A stretch of 64,000 nt of DNA from Hyphomicrobium sp. GTDB lineage: Bacteria > Pseudomonadota > Alphaproteobacteria > Rhizobiales > Hyphomicrobiaceae. The DNA is taken from the NCBI GenBank assembly GCA_013141015.1, contig JABFRT010000008.1, positions 8,637 through 72,636 of the forward strand, written 5' to 3'. Positions 48,236 through 58,492 of this stretch are shown here, piece by piece. Made by a program: the position numbers and the translations under genes. Numbering within the stretch: the first letter of the stretch is position 1; every line of letters starts with the position of its first letter. The notes below the pieces were generated by a model. That model searched no databases. It was given only the letters and a program-made list of their open reading frames with translations, and had not been told where the DNA came from.

Positions 48236-49126
48236 ATGGCAAAAGTTGCTTGGCTCGGTCTGGGTGTGATGGGCATGCCGATGGCCGGCCACCTTGCCAA
48301 ACGCGGTGGCCATGACGTCACCGTCTACAACCGCACACCGGCAAAGGCCGCGGCCTGGATTGAAAACTATCAGACCGGCCGCTCAGCCGCGACGCCCGCG
48401 GACGCCGTCCGCGGCGCTGATTTCGTATTCGCCTGCGTCGGCAACGACGACGATCTGAGATCCGTTACCACAGCTCCCAATGGCGCGTTTGCAGCGATGA
48501 AGCCGGGCAGCATTTTCGTCGATCACACCACGGCGTCTGCAACAGTCGCGCGCGAACTGGCCGCGGCCGCAGCCAACGCAGGCCTGACATTTCTGGACTG
48601 CCCCGTTTCCGGTGGCCAAGCTGGTGCCGAAGGTGGCACGCTGACCGTCATGTGCGGTGGTGATGAGGCGGCCTACTCCAAAGCAGAGCCGCTCATGTCG
48701 TGCTTTGCCCGCAGCGTGCGCCGCATCGGCCCGTCTGGTGCCGGTCAACTGACCAAGATGGTCAACCAGATTGCAGTTGCAGGCGTCATCCAGGGCTTGG
48801 CAGAAGCCATTCACTTCGCCGAACAGGCAGGGCTCGATCTGGACGCCGTCATGGCAACAATCTCAAAAGGTGCCGCGCAATCCTGGCAAATGGAAAACCG
48901 CTGGAAAACCATGCACGAGCGCAAATTCGATTTTGGTTTCGCGGTTGATTGGATCCGCAAGGATCTCGGCATCTGCCTTGATGAAGCCCGCAACAACGGC
49001 GCCGGGCTGCCGGTGATGCAGCTGCTGGAGACATACTACGCAGAGATCCAAGCCAAGGGCGGCGGCCGTTGGGATTCGTCCAGCCTGATCACCCGCCTCG
49101 GCGCGCAGAAGCGAAAGCCGTCATAG
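48236..49126 (+). CDS. NAD(P)-dependent oxidoreductase (3-hydroxyisobutyrate dehydrogenase family)
   Basis: 296 aa. N-terminal Rossmann motif VAWLGLGVMGMPMAGHL. Confidence 0.8.
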   Translation: MAKVAWLGLGVMGMPMAGHLAKRGGHDVTVYNRTPAKAAAWIENYQTGRSAATPADAVRGADFVFACVGNDDDLRSVTTAPNGAFAAMKPGSIFVDHTTASATVARELAAAAANAGLTFLDCPVSGGQAGAEGGTLTVMCGGDEAAYSKAEPLMSCFARSVRRIGPSGAGQLTKMVNQIAVAGVIQGLAEAIHFAEQAGLDLDAVMATISKGAAQSWQMENRWKTMHERKFDFGFAVDWIRKDLGICLDEARNNGAGLPVMQLLETYYAEIQAKGGGRWDSSSLITRLGAQKRKPS

Positions 49127-49141
49127 CCGATCGCCAGGGGT

Positions 49142-49639
49142 TTATTCCGCGCGCTCGGTTTTGGCTGGCGTCGACGAGGCCGCAAATTGCAGCGGCAAAG
49201 CGGTTGTATATTTCATCTGCTCCATGGCGAACGCCGACGAAACTTTGGCGATCTGAATGCGCGAGATAAGTTTTTTGTAAAACGCATCAAAGGCCGCAAT
49301 ATCGGGAACAGCCACGCGCAACAGATAATCGACATCGCCCGACATGCGATAAAATTCGACGACTTCCGGAAAGTCATCGACGGCCGCGTGGAACTTTTCC
49401 AGCCACTGGTGCGAGTGCTGATCGGTTTTGATGGAGACGAACACGGTCACGCCGGCGTTGACCTGGTTGGGGTCGAGCAGCGCAACGCGCCGGCGGATGA
49501 TACCCGCCTCTTCGAGTTTCTGAACCCGCCGCCAGCACGGTGTCGTCGAAAGCCCAACCTCTTTTCCGATCTCAGCAACCGGCCGGGTGCAATCTTCCTG
49601 CAGGATACGCAAGATCTTAATGTCCATATCGTCGAGCAT
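49142..49639 (-). CDS. Lrp/AsnC family transcriptional regulator
   Basis: 165 aa. N-terminal HTH LDDMDIKILRILQEDCTRPVAEIGKEVGLSTTPCWRRVQKLEEAGII. Confidence 0.9.
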   Translation of the reverse strand: MLDDMDIKILRILQEDCTRPVAEIGKEVGLSTTPCWRRVQKLEEAGIIRRRVALLDPNQVNAGVTVFVSIKTDQHSHQWLEKFHAAVDDFPEVVEFYRMSGDVDYLLRVAVPDIAAFDAFYKKLISRIQIAKVSSAFAMEQMKYTTALPLQFAASSTPAKTERAE

Positions 49640-49832
49640 GGGTGCCCACTCCGGAGGAATGTATTTTTCTACATTTCAGCCATTTCTGGATAATCATTTT
49701 GCCCCAAACGGAAGTCAAGCCGAATTTTGGTATTTTTTTGCGCGAAAGCAGGCTTGGCCCTTGCCGCCCGCGGCGCAAAAACTTACCTTTAAGGCCTCAT
49801 CCCCGCCCCCGACCAACCCTAGCGTTGCCATC

Positions 49833-50330
49833 ATGAAAAACCTCAAGACCATCACGCCCGACTACGCCGTTGCCGGCGCACTCGCGTTTGACGATTTCGC
49901 GGAGGCCGCAGCATTGGGCTTTGCGTCGATCATCAACTTCAGACCCGACCGCGAAGTGGCCGGCCAACTCAGCGCCGGCGAGGGCCAGCGTTTTGCCGGT
50001 TCATCGGGTCTGGCGTACGTCCACCTTCCGGTCAGCAAGTTTGATATGTTCGCCGATCAGAATGTCGCCGAGACTGCGCACCTTCTGGCGACCCTGCCGC
50101 GGCCCGTGCTTGCCCATTGTGCGTCTGGACAACGGGCGGCAATTCTGTGGGCGGCTGCGAACGCACGCACAACACCCGTCGACGACGTCATGGCCACCCT
50201 GCGCATCGCCGGATTTGAACTCGATTTCCTGCGTGACGACCTCGACGCGCAAGCGAACCGCGCAAGCTGGGCGGCCGCCTCAGACGGCCAACCAAGCGAT
50301 GAAAAGCTTGCTGAGCGCGCCGCCGCCTAA
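49833..50330 (+). CDS. TIGR01244 (DUF442) family phosphatase-fold / sulfur-transferase-like protein
   Basis: Likely start ATG 49833 (MKNLKTITPDYAVAGAL...). Active-site-like HCASGQRA. Confidence 0.7.
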   Translation: MKNLKTITPDYAVAGALAFDDFAEAAALGFASIINFRPDREVAGQLSAGEGQRFAGSSGLAYVHLPVSKFDMFADQNVAETAHLLATLPRPVLAHCASGQRAAILWAAANARTTPVDDVMATLRIAGFELDFLRDDLDAQANRASWAAASDGQPSDEKLAERAAA

Positions 50331-50341
50331 ACCAAGAGACA

Positions 50342-50953
50342 TTAAGCCGCCGCGCTTGGACGCTGCGAGACGTCTGCGTACCAGCGCATCAGATTTGACG
50401 CATCGGCTGGCATTGAGATCTTCGCCGGTTTGAGAAAATCAATAGCCACAAGTGCGGTGATGTCAGCGATCGAATAGCGCTCACCGGCGATGAACGGGCT
50501 GGTCGCCAAGTGAGCGTCCAGTGAAACCATTGCCGCTTCCGCTTTCGGCTTGTTGGCCTCGCCCCAGGCGGCCACCTGCGGCACTTCCAAATGAGCCATT
50601 TTCGGGTTCAAATGACGCAACGCCTGGGCCACAAAATTAAATAGGCCGAGTTCAACACGGCGCTGCCACATCTCCACGGTCGCGCGATCGAACGCATCCG
50701 TGCCAAACAGCGGCGGCGCCGGCTGTAACTCTTCGAAATAGCGGCAGATCGCAACGGTTTCTGAGATCACGCGGCCATCGTCGAGCACCAGAACCGGCAC
50801 CCTCTGCCAAGGATTAAGCCGGGTGAATTCGGCCGACTTCAGGTCACCCACCATCATGTCGCGTTGTTCGTAGGGAACGGTAATCCCTTTTTCTGCCAGG
50901 AACACGCGGACGCGGCGCGGATTTGGCGCTCTCGGAGTTTCAATGATGCGCAT
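50342..50953 (-). CDS. Glutathione S-transferase
   Basis: 203 aa. N-terminal thioredoxin-like GST domain (RVPVLVLDDGRVISETVAICRYFEE). Confidence 0.85.
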   Translation of the reverse strand: MRIIETPRAPNPRRVRVFLAEKGITVPYEQRDMMVGDLKSAEFTRLNPWQRVPVLVLDDGRVISETVAICRYFEELQPAPPLFGTDAFDRATVEMWQRRVELGLFNFVAQALRHLNPKMAHLEVPQVAAWGEANKPKAEAAMVSLDAHLATSPFIAGERYSIADITALVAIDFLKPAKISMPADASNLMRWYADVSQRPSAAA

Positions 50954-50968
50954 CGCGAGCCCCTCCCC

Positions 50969-51523
50969 CTACATGCCAATGCCGCGTTCGTGGCGCCACT
51001 CGCGCGGCTGCTGGAATTCCGAACCCCACAGGCCACGCCGCTTGGCCTTGGCGTCGCCCTGCTCGCGCAGATATCCGCCATACGCAACCGCCATGCCGGA
51101 CGCGACCATTCCGGCGTTGAGATCGCGGCCGCCCGCCGAACACGTCGATAAGGACCGGCCGTGCTTGTCGCGCTCCAGTACCTTGCACACGACCACGTCT
51201 TTGCCGATCAACCGGCGAAGTTCATCGCGAGCCGCGTTACCGCAATCCCATGATTGACCATTGCGGGTGCAGGTCTGCTTGCCTTCCGGCGCATCGATGC
51301 CCTTCATGCGCACTTCATCCCGGCCGACGAAAAGGCTGTCGCCATCGATCGCTCGCGCTGCCCCGGAGATCTGGCCAGACGCCGGCCCTGAACCTGGATT
51401 GGAGGTCCGCTGCCCACCCCCCGGAAAGTGGCCCTGACCGAACAACGCCCCCAGTGCAGCTACAATCAATGCCGCAATCCACTTCGTCAGCTGTTTTTTT
51501 GCGTCGCGGCTGATGCCTTGCAT
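50969..51523 (-). CDS. Thermonuclease (SNase-like) family protein, membrane-anchored
   Basis: 184 aa. TM anchor, then IDGDSLFVGRDEVRMKGIDAPE and later RGLWGSEFQQPREWR. Confidence 0.75.
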   Translation of the reverse strand: MQGISRDAKKQLTKWIAALIVAALGALFGQGHFPGGGQRTSNPGSGPASGQISGAARAIDGDSLFVGRDEVRMKGIDAPEGKQTCTRNGQSWDCGNAARDELRRLIGKDVVVCKVLERDKHGRSLSTCSAGGRDLNAGMVASGMAVAYGGYLREQGDAKAKRRGLWGSEFQQPREWRHERGIGM

Positions 51524-51644
51524 GCCTAAGCCTCATTTTGGAAACGGCGCGTTAAAGGTTAATTTATTGATTTCTAGCCATTTTAGTAGCGAGTGTCATG
51601 CCCGCGGGGCGTGACGGACGTCGATTGGGATAACGGCTCACGCG

Positions 51645-53282
51645 ATGCACGACAACGGCGACATCGTCGAGAGACAGGAGCGGCTGGCCGCCCGGCGTTC
51701 CCGCGCCAAAAAGCCGGAAGACGATCTGAAGGCGTATCGCGACCGCTTGACCCACGGCACGGACAGCAAGCCGGAGTTCGAGTACGAGCTTCTGACAATG
51801 TTCGCGCGCAACGAGATCAGCGCGCCCTACGCCATGCCGGCGCTGTGCTTCATATTTTTCCTCGCCTCCTCCAAGTTCTGGGCGTCGGTGCTTGAAGCGA
51901 CGATCTGGATCGCATTCGTCATCATCGCCAAAGTGTTCATGCTCGACCAGTGCCGGCGGTTGCTGGCAATGCCGCGCGCCGATGTCAACGTTGGTGAATG
52001 GCGGCGCTATTTCGTCCGCATTGAATTGGTCAATGGCATTGCGCTCGCGGGCTTTGCGCTGATCGGAATTTCCAAAGGCTCGTCATTCACCTCGGCGGAG
52101 AACTTTTCGTCCCACGTTTTCATTTTCGCAACGCTGATGGTGGTCTTGGCGCTACGCATGACGTTCGCGTCAACGCTGACCCGCGTGTTCCTCGCTGGAA
52201 CCGTACCGATGACCGTTGCGGTTGCGGGCCGGCTATTTCTGCTGGCGGATCCATTCTACATCGCACTCGGTTCGATGGCTGTCGGCATTCACGTATTCTT
52301 CCTCTATCTGACCCAAGGGCTGCATTCGACGGCGCTTGCGATGGTCGAATACCGTGCTGAGAAAGACAGCCTGATTGCCGAACTTGAAGAGGCATCGGCT
52401 ATTTCCGACGAGGCGCGTTTGCGGGCCGAAGCGGCCAACAAAGCCAAATCGCGCTTCCTCGCGACCATGAGCCACGAGTTGAGAACACCGCTCAACGCGA
52501 TCATGGGCTTCTCCGAAGTCATGGAAAAGGAATTGCTCGGTCCAATCGGCAACGAGACCTACCGCGAATATGCGGGCAACGTTTACACGAGCGGCAACCA
52601 CCTGCTGCAGCTGATCAACGAAATTCTCGACCTCTCCCGCATCGAGGCTGGCCGTTACGACCTGCACGAAGAGACGATCCGGCTGACGGACATTGCCGAA
52701 GACTGCGAGCGCCTGATCAAGATCCGCGCTGACGCCAAGGGCCTGCACATCATAGAAGACTTCGCACCTGACTTGCCGCAAGTCTGGGCCGATCCGCGCG
52801 CATTGCGCCAGATCTGCTTAAACCTGCTGTCGAATGCCTTGAAATTCACGCCCAAAGGCGGCCGCATCACGCTGACGGTCACGCATGCGCACGATGGCGG
52901 ACAGATCTTGTCCGTGCGTGACACGGGCCCTGGTATTCCAAAGGATGAGATCCCGCGCGTGCTGCAGGCCTTCGGTCAAGGCTCGCTGGCCCATGAATCG
53001 GCTGAAGGTGGCACAGGCCTCGGCTTGCCGATTGTGCAAAACCTCATTCAGCTGCATGGCGGCACATTCGATCTGCAATCGGAGCTAAGAAAAGGCACCG
53101 AAGTCACGGTCACCCTGCCGCGCCAGCGCGTTCTGCATGCTGTCGCACCGCTGCAGCCACTCGGCTATGAGCGCCATCGCGATCCCGCACCTCAACCCCG
53201 CGCACCACGCCAGCCGCGGCTGAAGGCGGCATCCCCCTATGGATCGAACGTGCCCTATCGCACCGGTGGCTCGGCGAGATAA
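51645..53282 (+). CDS. Membrane sensor histidine kinase
   Basis: 545 aa with multiple N-terminal TM helices. H-box MSHELRTPLNAI, N-box LLSNALKFT, G-boxes RDTGPGI and GTGLGLPIV. Confidence 0.9.
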   Translation: MHDNGDIVERQERLAARRSRAKKPEDDLKAYRDRLTHGTDSKPEFEYELLTMFARNEISAPYAMPALCFIFFLASSKFWASVLEATIWIAFVIIAKVFMLDQCRRLLAMPRADVNVGEWRRYFVRIELVNGIALAGFALIGISKGSSFTSAENFSSHVFIFATLMVVLALRMTFASTLTRVFLAGTVPMTVAVAGRLFLLADPFYIALGSMAVGIHVFFLYLTQGLHSTALAMVEYRAEKDSLIAELEEASAISDEARLRAEAANKAKSRFLATMSHELRTPLNAIMGFSEVMEKELLGPIGNETYREYAGNVYTSGNHLLQLINEILDLSRIEAGRYDLHEETIRLTDIAEDCERLIKIRADAKGLHIIEDFAPDLPQVWADPRALRQICLNLLSNALKFTPKGGRITLTVTHAHDGGQILSVRDTGPGIPKDEIPRVLQAFGQGSLAHESAEGGTGLGLPIVQNLIQLHGGTFDLQSELRKGTEVTVTLPRQRVLHAVAPLQPLGYERHRDPAPQPRAPRQPRLKAASPYGSNVPYRTGGSAR

Positions 53283-53326
53283 TCTATCGCGTTGTATATC
53301 GCGGCACGCCGGGCTAGGACGAAGCC

Positions 53327-53530
53327 ATGCCGACAGCCAACTCCCGTTTGACCTCTGAGCCTGCAATGGAAAGCCCTTGCGTTAAAATCTGCGTCATCGA
53401 CGACGCAACCGGATTGTGCACCGGGTGCCTGCGCACCCGCGGAGAAATTGCCGTCTGGTCGTCGATCACCAGCGCTGAGCGCCGCCGGATTATGTCCGAG
53501 CTTCCGCTGCGCCCAAAGCCCAGGGTTTGA
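53327..53530 (+). CDS. DUF1289 domain-containing protein
   Basis: 67 aa. [26 protein letters not shown] Cys motif. Confidence 0.8.
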   Translation: MPTANSRLTSEPAMESPCVKICVIDDATGLCTGCLRTRGEIAVWSSITSAERRRIMSELPLRPKPRV

Positions 53531-53537
53531 GGGCGGC

Positions 53538-54242
53538 ATGCTCGTCTGGCTGGCGTTGATCGTAGCGGCACTGAGCGGGTTGTTTGTGCTGGTGCAGAAT
53601 TCAGGCGCTGAACATTCGGCTATGTCCGCTGGCCTGACCGGCATTGGCGTGGTGGTATTCTTGATCGTCCTTTACGCCACCACCCACAAAGGCCGCTGGG
53701 GCGGACATTCGAGCGATAGCCGCTCACCCAAGGCGTTAGCGGCCCTGCTGTTTGCAGCAGCAGCCGTTGCCTTAGGTGTCTGGTCATTGGCCACCGGTCA
53801 CTTACTGGGGACCACATTCACAAAATCTGATGCAACAGCCCCTGACCGGTTGGCAAGCGGAGCGCGCGGCGCGGTTTCCGTTCTGATCCGGCGCAATAGC
53901 CAGGGGCAGTTTGTAGCGCAAGGGCAAATCAACGGCGTTTCAAGCCAACTGATGGTCGATACCGGCGCAACGGCTGTCATGCTGAAACACAGCGATGCAG
54001 AAAAAGCCGGAATTGATACGGCCTCTTTGGCGTTCACAACTCCGGTGCAGACTGCAAATGGCACGGTCTACGCCGCGCCCGTGCGGGTCCGGTCGATTGC
54101 CATTGGCCTGTTAAGATTCGACGATATCGAAGCCCTCATCGCCCGCCCCGGAAGTCTTAACGAAAACTTGCTTGGTATCAGTTTTTTAAGACGTTTGGCT
54201 TCATATGATCTGAATGGGGAATTTCTAACCCTGCGCCAGTAA
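53538..54242 (+). CDS. TIGR02281-type clan AA (retropepsin-like) aspartic protease, membrane-anchored
   Basis: Likely start M31 of the track ORF (MLVWLALIVAALSG...). Active-site MVDTGATAVML. Confidence 0.75.
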   Translation: MLVWLALIVAALSGLFVLVQNSGAEHSAMSAGLTGIGVVVFLIVLYATTHKGRWGGHSSDSRSPKALAALLFAAAAVALGVWSLATGHLLGTTFTKSDATAPDRLASGARGAVSVLIRRNSQGQFVAQGQINGVSSQLMVDTGATAVMLKHSDAEKAGIDTASLAFTTPVQTANGTVYAAPVRVRSIAIGLLRFDDIEALIARPGSLNENLLGISFLRRLASYDLNGEFLTLRQ

Positions 54243-54286
54243 GCCGGCCCCGAGATGCGGCCGCTTGCGATGACCTTGCCGAGGCT

Positions 54287-54865
54287 ATGTTGATGTCGAT
54301 TTCGTCCGGAACAGTTAGTCTTTTCGCATCTGCCGCCTTCTTCATTGCCGCTGCTGCCGGAGCCGCCTACGGCATCAAGCACAAGGACGAGGTCAAGCGC
54401 ACGATCACTGAACTGACAGGCAAAACGTTCTCTAAATCACCGCCGGCGTCAGCGGAAAGCGCCGAAGCCGAAAGCACTGACGCAAGCGAGGCACCAGGTG
54501 ACGTTACGCTGCGGGCAACACTTGGCGGCCACTTTGAAACCTCCGCCGAGATCAACGGCCGCGACGTCGATGTGATGGTCGATACCGGAGCGACCCTGGT
54601 GGCGATGACCTACGAAGACGCCGAGCGGGCCGGCATCTATCTCAAGCCCGCCGAATTCACCAACACCGTATCCACCGCCAATGGCACGGCCAAAGTGGCC
54701 CCCATCCAGATCGAATCAATCAGCATCGGCGATATCACCGTGCGCAACGTCCGCGGCGCGGTGGCTGAACGCGGCAAACTGCATCGCACCCTGCTCGGCA
54801 TGACTTTCCTCGGCCGGTTGTCCCGCGTCGAAATGCGCAAGAATGCCCTGGTGCTTCACGAGTAG
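54287..54865 (+). CDS. TIGR02281-type clan AA (retropepsin-like) aspartic protease, paralog
   Basis: 192 aa. TM anchor, active-site MVDTGATLVAM, and the same C-terminal LLGMTFLGRL pattern as the upstream paralog (LLGISFLRRL). Confidence 0.75.
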   Translation: MLMSISSGTVSLFASAAFFIAAAAGAAYGIKHKDEVKRTITELTGKTFSKSPPASAESAEAESTDASEAPGDVTLRATLGGHFETSAEINGRDVDVMVDTGATLVAMTYEDAERAGIYLKPAEFTNTVSTANGTAKVAPIQIESISIGDITVRNVRGAVAERGKLHRTLLGMTFLGRLSRVEMRKNALVLHE

Positions 54866-54979
54866 GCATCACCGCCTTGCCATTATTCTCCTGTTGACAG
54901 ACAACCCAAACCGTCATCACCAGATCACGGCGCTGTCCCGTCTGTGGATCAGCGTTTCGACTTGACCCGAGGGGGCCCC

Positions 54980-56485
54980 ATGTTGCCGAAGCCACGCGCC
55001 GATTTGAAACCGAACACCGCTGATTTTGAGCGCTTCCCGCTCGTCAAGCCAACCGGCTTCCGCGAATACGACGCCCGCTGGCTGTTCCCGGAAGAAATCA
55101 ACCTGATGGGGCTCAACGCCGTCGGCATGGGCCTGGCGACGCTGTTCCAGCGCCGTGGCGTGCCCAAGCGCATCGTCGTTGGCCACGACTACCGCTCGTA
55201 TTCGGGGCAAGTGAAACAGGCGCTGATCACTGGCCTTCTGGCTGGTGGCGCAGAGGTCCACGACATTGGTCTCGCGCTGTCGCCGATGGCCTACTACGCC
55301 CAGTTCGCACTCGACGTCGAAGGCGTGGCGATGGTGACGGCCAGCCACAACGACAACGGCTGGACCGGCATCAAAATGGGCCTGTCGCGCCCGTTGACGT
55401 TTGGCCCTGACGATATGTTGCAGCTCAAAGAGATCGTTCTCAATGGCGATTTCGAAACCAAGGCTGGCGGACGCTACATCTTCGTTGCGGACATGGCCGA
55501 GCGCTATATCAAGTCGCTGACCGACCGCCCGAAGCTGAAGCGCAAATTGAAAGTCGTCGCCGCCTGCGGCAACGGCACAGCTGGCGCGTTCGCAACCCAA
55601 GTATTGGAAGCTGCCGGCTGCGAAGTCGTGCCGCTGCACACCGACCTCGATTATAATTTCCCGCATCATAACCCCAACCCCGAAGACATGGCGATGTTGC
55701 GCGCCGTCTCCGCCAAGGTTCTCGAAACCCGCGCCGACGTCGGCCTGGCGTTCGACGGCGACGGCGACCGTTGCGGTGTCGTGGCCAACGATGGCCATGA
55801 GATTTTCGCCGACAAGGTTGGCGTGATGCTGGCGCGGGACATTTCGGCGATCCATAAAAACGCGACCTTCGTTGTTGATGTCAAATCGACCGGCCTGTTC
55901 ACGACCGACCCGGTGCTCAACGCCAACGGCGCCAAAACCACATACTGGAAGACCGGCCACAGCTACATCAAGCGCTTCAACTTCGAGAACAAGACGCTGG
56001 TTGGCTTCGAAAAGTCCGGCCACTTCTTCTTCAATGCACCCCTTGGGCGCGGCTACGACGACGGCCTCGTCGCGGCGCTTGCCGTTTGCGACATGCTGGA
56101 CCGTGCGCCCGGCAAGACGATGGTCGATCTTCGCGATGCATTGCCCAAGACCTGGGGCTCGCCAACCATGTCGCCGCACTGCGATGACGAAAAGAAGTAC
56201 GGCATCGTCGATAAAGTCATCGAGCACTACAAGCGCCAACACGAGCTTGGCGCACGTGTCGCCGGACAACGGATACGTGAATTGATCACCGTTAACGGTG
56301 TGCGCGTCGTGCTGGAAGACGGCACTTGGGGCTTGATCCGCGCCTCATCGAACAAGCCGGAACTCGTGGTCGTCGTCGAAAGCCCGACGGCCGAAGCCAA
56401 CATGAAGGCGATTTTCAAGGATCTCGATCAGACGCTGTCGCGCTTTCCTGAAGTCGGCGAATACAATCAGAAGATCGCGGTGTAA
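54980..56485 (+). CDS. Phosphomannomutase/phosphoglucomutase (alpha-D-phosphohexomutase)
   Basis: Track ORF starts at 54944; M13 (54980) is an alternative start. Active-site Ser loop VTASHNDNGWTG and metal loop FDGDGDRCG. Confidence 0.85.
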   Translation: MLPKPRADLKPNTADFERFPLVKPTGFREYDARWLFPEEINLMGLNAVGMGLATLFQRRGVPKRIVVGHDYRSYSGQVKQALITGLLAGGAEVHDIGLALSPMAYYAQFALDVEGVAMVTASHNDNGWTGIKMGLSRPLTFGPDDMLQLKEIVLNGDFETKAGGRYIFVADMAERYIKSLTDRPKLKRKLKVVAACGNGTAGAFATQVLEAAGCEVVPLHTDLDYNFPHHNPNPEDMAMLRAVSAKVLETRADVGLAFDGDGDRCGVVANDGHEIFADKVGVMLARDISAIHKNATFVVDVKSTGLFTTDPVLNANGAKTTYWKTGHSYIKRFNFENKTLVGFEKSGHFFFNAPLGRGYDDGLVAALAVCDMLDRAPGKTMVDLRDALPKTWGSPTMSPHCDDEKKYGIVDKVIEHYKRQHELGARVAGQRIRELITVNGVRVVLEDGTWGLIRASSNKPELVVVVESPTAEANMKAIFKDLDQTLSRFPEVGEYNQKIAV

Positions 56486-56517
56486 CCTGCACCCGGCGTT
56501 GAGCCCTGGAAACACAA

Positions 56518-56546
56518 ACGCCGGTTCGCTTATCACGAACCGGCGT
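56518..56546 (-). terminator. Intrinsic terminator-like hairpin between convergent genes
   Basis: ACGCCGGTTCG (56518-56528) pairs with CGAACCGGCGT (56536-56546), 7-nt loop. On the minus strand it is followed by TTTGTGTTT, so it fits termination of the dusA-tauE transcript. Confidence 0.5.
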
Positions 56547-56654
56547 CTCAGACACTGGGGACCATTTTATAAAAATACCACGTTGCAGCGTCACGCTCCA
56601 GGCCAATCGCACAGTGCGCGATAACAATCAGCGTTAACATCAGGCACTTGGCTG

Positions 56655-57482
56655 CTAGAGCAGAGTCCACAAGAACCGCGCCACAACTGTCGCAATGAAA
56701 ATCGCAAACGCAATTTCAAGTTTGCGCTTCGATATGCCGTGTGCCACGCGAACACCAAATGGTGCCGCAAAAATGCTGAGCGGCATTATCAAAAGCGCGC
56801 CGCAACTCACATAGCCAAGCGAATATGCAGGCAGCCCCGGTGCACCCCACCCGGTCAGCACATAGCCGAGAATACCTGGAATCGCGATGATCGGACCGAT
56901 GCCCGTCGCGGTCGCAACCGACTGCAGCAGCGGTTTGCCATGCAGCGTCAGCAACGGCACCGTGAACGTCGCGCCGCCGATACCCATTAGCGTCGAAATT
57001 ACACCGATGCCAAACGCGGCGATCTCGAGTCGCGGCGGCTTGGGCAGCGTATCGGCAATCCGCCAATCATCGCGGCCTATCGCCATTTTCAGCGCGAGCA
57101 GCGTGCCGAAGATCACCCACACCCACCGCAGCGCTTCGCTGCTGGCGCCCTTGGCAATAACGATCCCCAGCGCAACGCCAACAAAAATCCACGGCCCCAT
57201 GCGTTTGACAACCGTCATATCAACCGCGCCGCGTGCTTTGTGCGCCGCCAGCGATCTGAGCACGGTCGGCGCAATCACCGCGAGCGTGGTGCCGAGCGTT
57301 AAATGCATGCGAATGTCTTCAGCTACGCCCGCCACCCCAAACGCCTCATAGAGCACCGGCACGAGCACGCCACCGCCACCGATGCCAAGCAGGCCTGATA
57401 AGAAGCCGGCAACCAGTCCTGCCACCACAAGCATGGCAACCAGAAATCCAAGCCCCTCGCCGGTCATCGCCAGATGCATCAT
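56655..57482 (-). CDS. TauE/SafE family sulfite exporter
   Basis: 275 aa, polytopic, with internal duplication and Gly-rich helices (LLGIGGGGVLVP, LMGIGGATFTVP). Confidence 0.8.
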   Translation of the reverse strand: MMHLAMTGEGLGFLVAMLVVAGLVAGFLSGLLGIGGGGVLVPVLYEAFGVAGVAEDIRMHLTLGTTLAVIAPTVLRSLAAHKARGAVDMTVVKRMGPWIFVGVALGIVIAKGASSEALRWVWVIFGTLLALKMAIGRDDWRIADTLPKPPRLEIAAFGIGVISTLMGIGGATFTVPLLTLHGKPLLQSVATATGIGPIIAIPGILGYVLTGWGAPGLPAYSLGYVSCGALLIMPLSIFAAPFGVRVAHGISKRKLEIAFAIFIATVVARFLWTLL

Positions 57483-57487
57483 GTTGC

Positions 57488-58492
57488 CTATGCCGCGCTG
57501 CCGTGGGTGTCCGCGTCAAGCACGGTCTCAACCAAACGCATGGCCTCTGCAATGACGCCAGCATTCGCATCGCGACCTGTTGCATGCTCACTCAAATAGC
57601 GGCGGAACATGCGGCCGCGCGGCTGGCCATGATAGAGACCCAAAACATGTCGCGTGATGTTGGATAGGCGTCCACCGCCCGCAATGTGCTGTTGCGCGTA
57701 AGGGATCAGTGCGAGCAGCGCTTCCCGGCGCGAACGGAGCGGCGCGGCACAATCAAAAAACCGGCGGTCAACATCGCCAAGAAGTGCCGGATCATGATAG
57801 GCGGCGCGCCCCAGCATCACACCATCGACATGGGCCAAGTGCTCCGCGCAAGCATCCAGCGTTTCGATTCCACCGTTGATCACGAGTCTCAAATCCGGCC
57901 GCGCCTGCTTCAAACGGTAGACGCGCGCATAGTTCAGCGGCGGCACCTCGCGGTTCTCTTTTGGTGACAGCCCCTTGAGCCATGCCTTGCGCGCATGCAC
58001 GATAAACGTCACGCACCCGGCATCAGAGACGTGCTCAACAAAGCGCTGCAAATCAACATCGTCGTCTTGCTCATCAATGCCGATGCGGCATTTGACGGTG
58101 ACGGGAAGTGCCACGCGCTTTTGCATCGCCGCGACGCAGTCTGCTACAAGCTGCGGCTCTGCCATCAGGCACGCACCAAAGCGTCCCTCCTGCACGCGGT
58201 CCGACGGGCAACCGGCATTGAGATTGATCTCATCATAGCCAAACTCAGCGCCGGCCTCTGCGGCAGCGGCCAGTTTCGAAGGATCTGAACCGCCGAGTTG
58301 TAAGGCTATTGGATGTTCTTCCCCGCTATAGCCAAGTAGTCTGTCGCGGTTTCCCCGCAGCACCGCATCCGCAGTTACCATCTCGGTGTACAACAGCGCA
58401 TGGCGCGTCAGCTGACGGTGGAAGTACCGGCAGTGCCGGTCACTCCAATCCATCATAGGCGCCACGCAAAATCTATGTGCTTGGATTTGCAC
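57488..58492 (-). CDS. dusA: tRNA-dihydrouridine(20/20a) synthase
   Basis: 334 aa, GTG start. RFCVAPMMDWSDRHCRYFHRQLTRHALLYTEMVT is a typical DusA N-terminus. Confidence 0.9.
   Translation of the reverse strand: MQIQAHRFCVAPMMDWSDRHCRYFHRQLTRHALLYTEMVTADAVLRGNRDRLLGYSGEEHPIALQLGGSDPSKLAAAAEAGAEFGYDEINLNAGCPSDRVQEGRFGACLMAEPQLVADCVAAMQKRVALPVTVKCRIGIDEQDDDVDLQRFVEHVSDAGCVTFIVHARKAWLKGLSPKENREVPPLNYARVYRLKQARPDLRLVINGGIETLDACAEHLAHVDGVMLGRAAYHDPALLGDVDRRFFDCAAPLRSRREALLALIPYAQQHIAGGGRLSNITRHVLGLYHGQPRGRMFRRYLSEHATGRDANAGVIAEAMRLVETVLDADTHGSAA

Noticed and set aside
54917-56269. 450-aa ORF on the minus strand
   Set aside because: It lies entirely antisense to the phosphohexomutase gene, which has clear catalytic motifs. 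The translation is Arg/Ala/Gly/Val-rich and low-complexity, typical of spurious antisense ORFs in GC-rich DNA.
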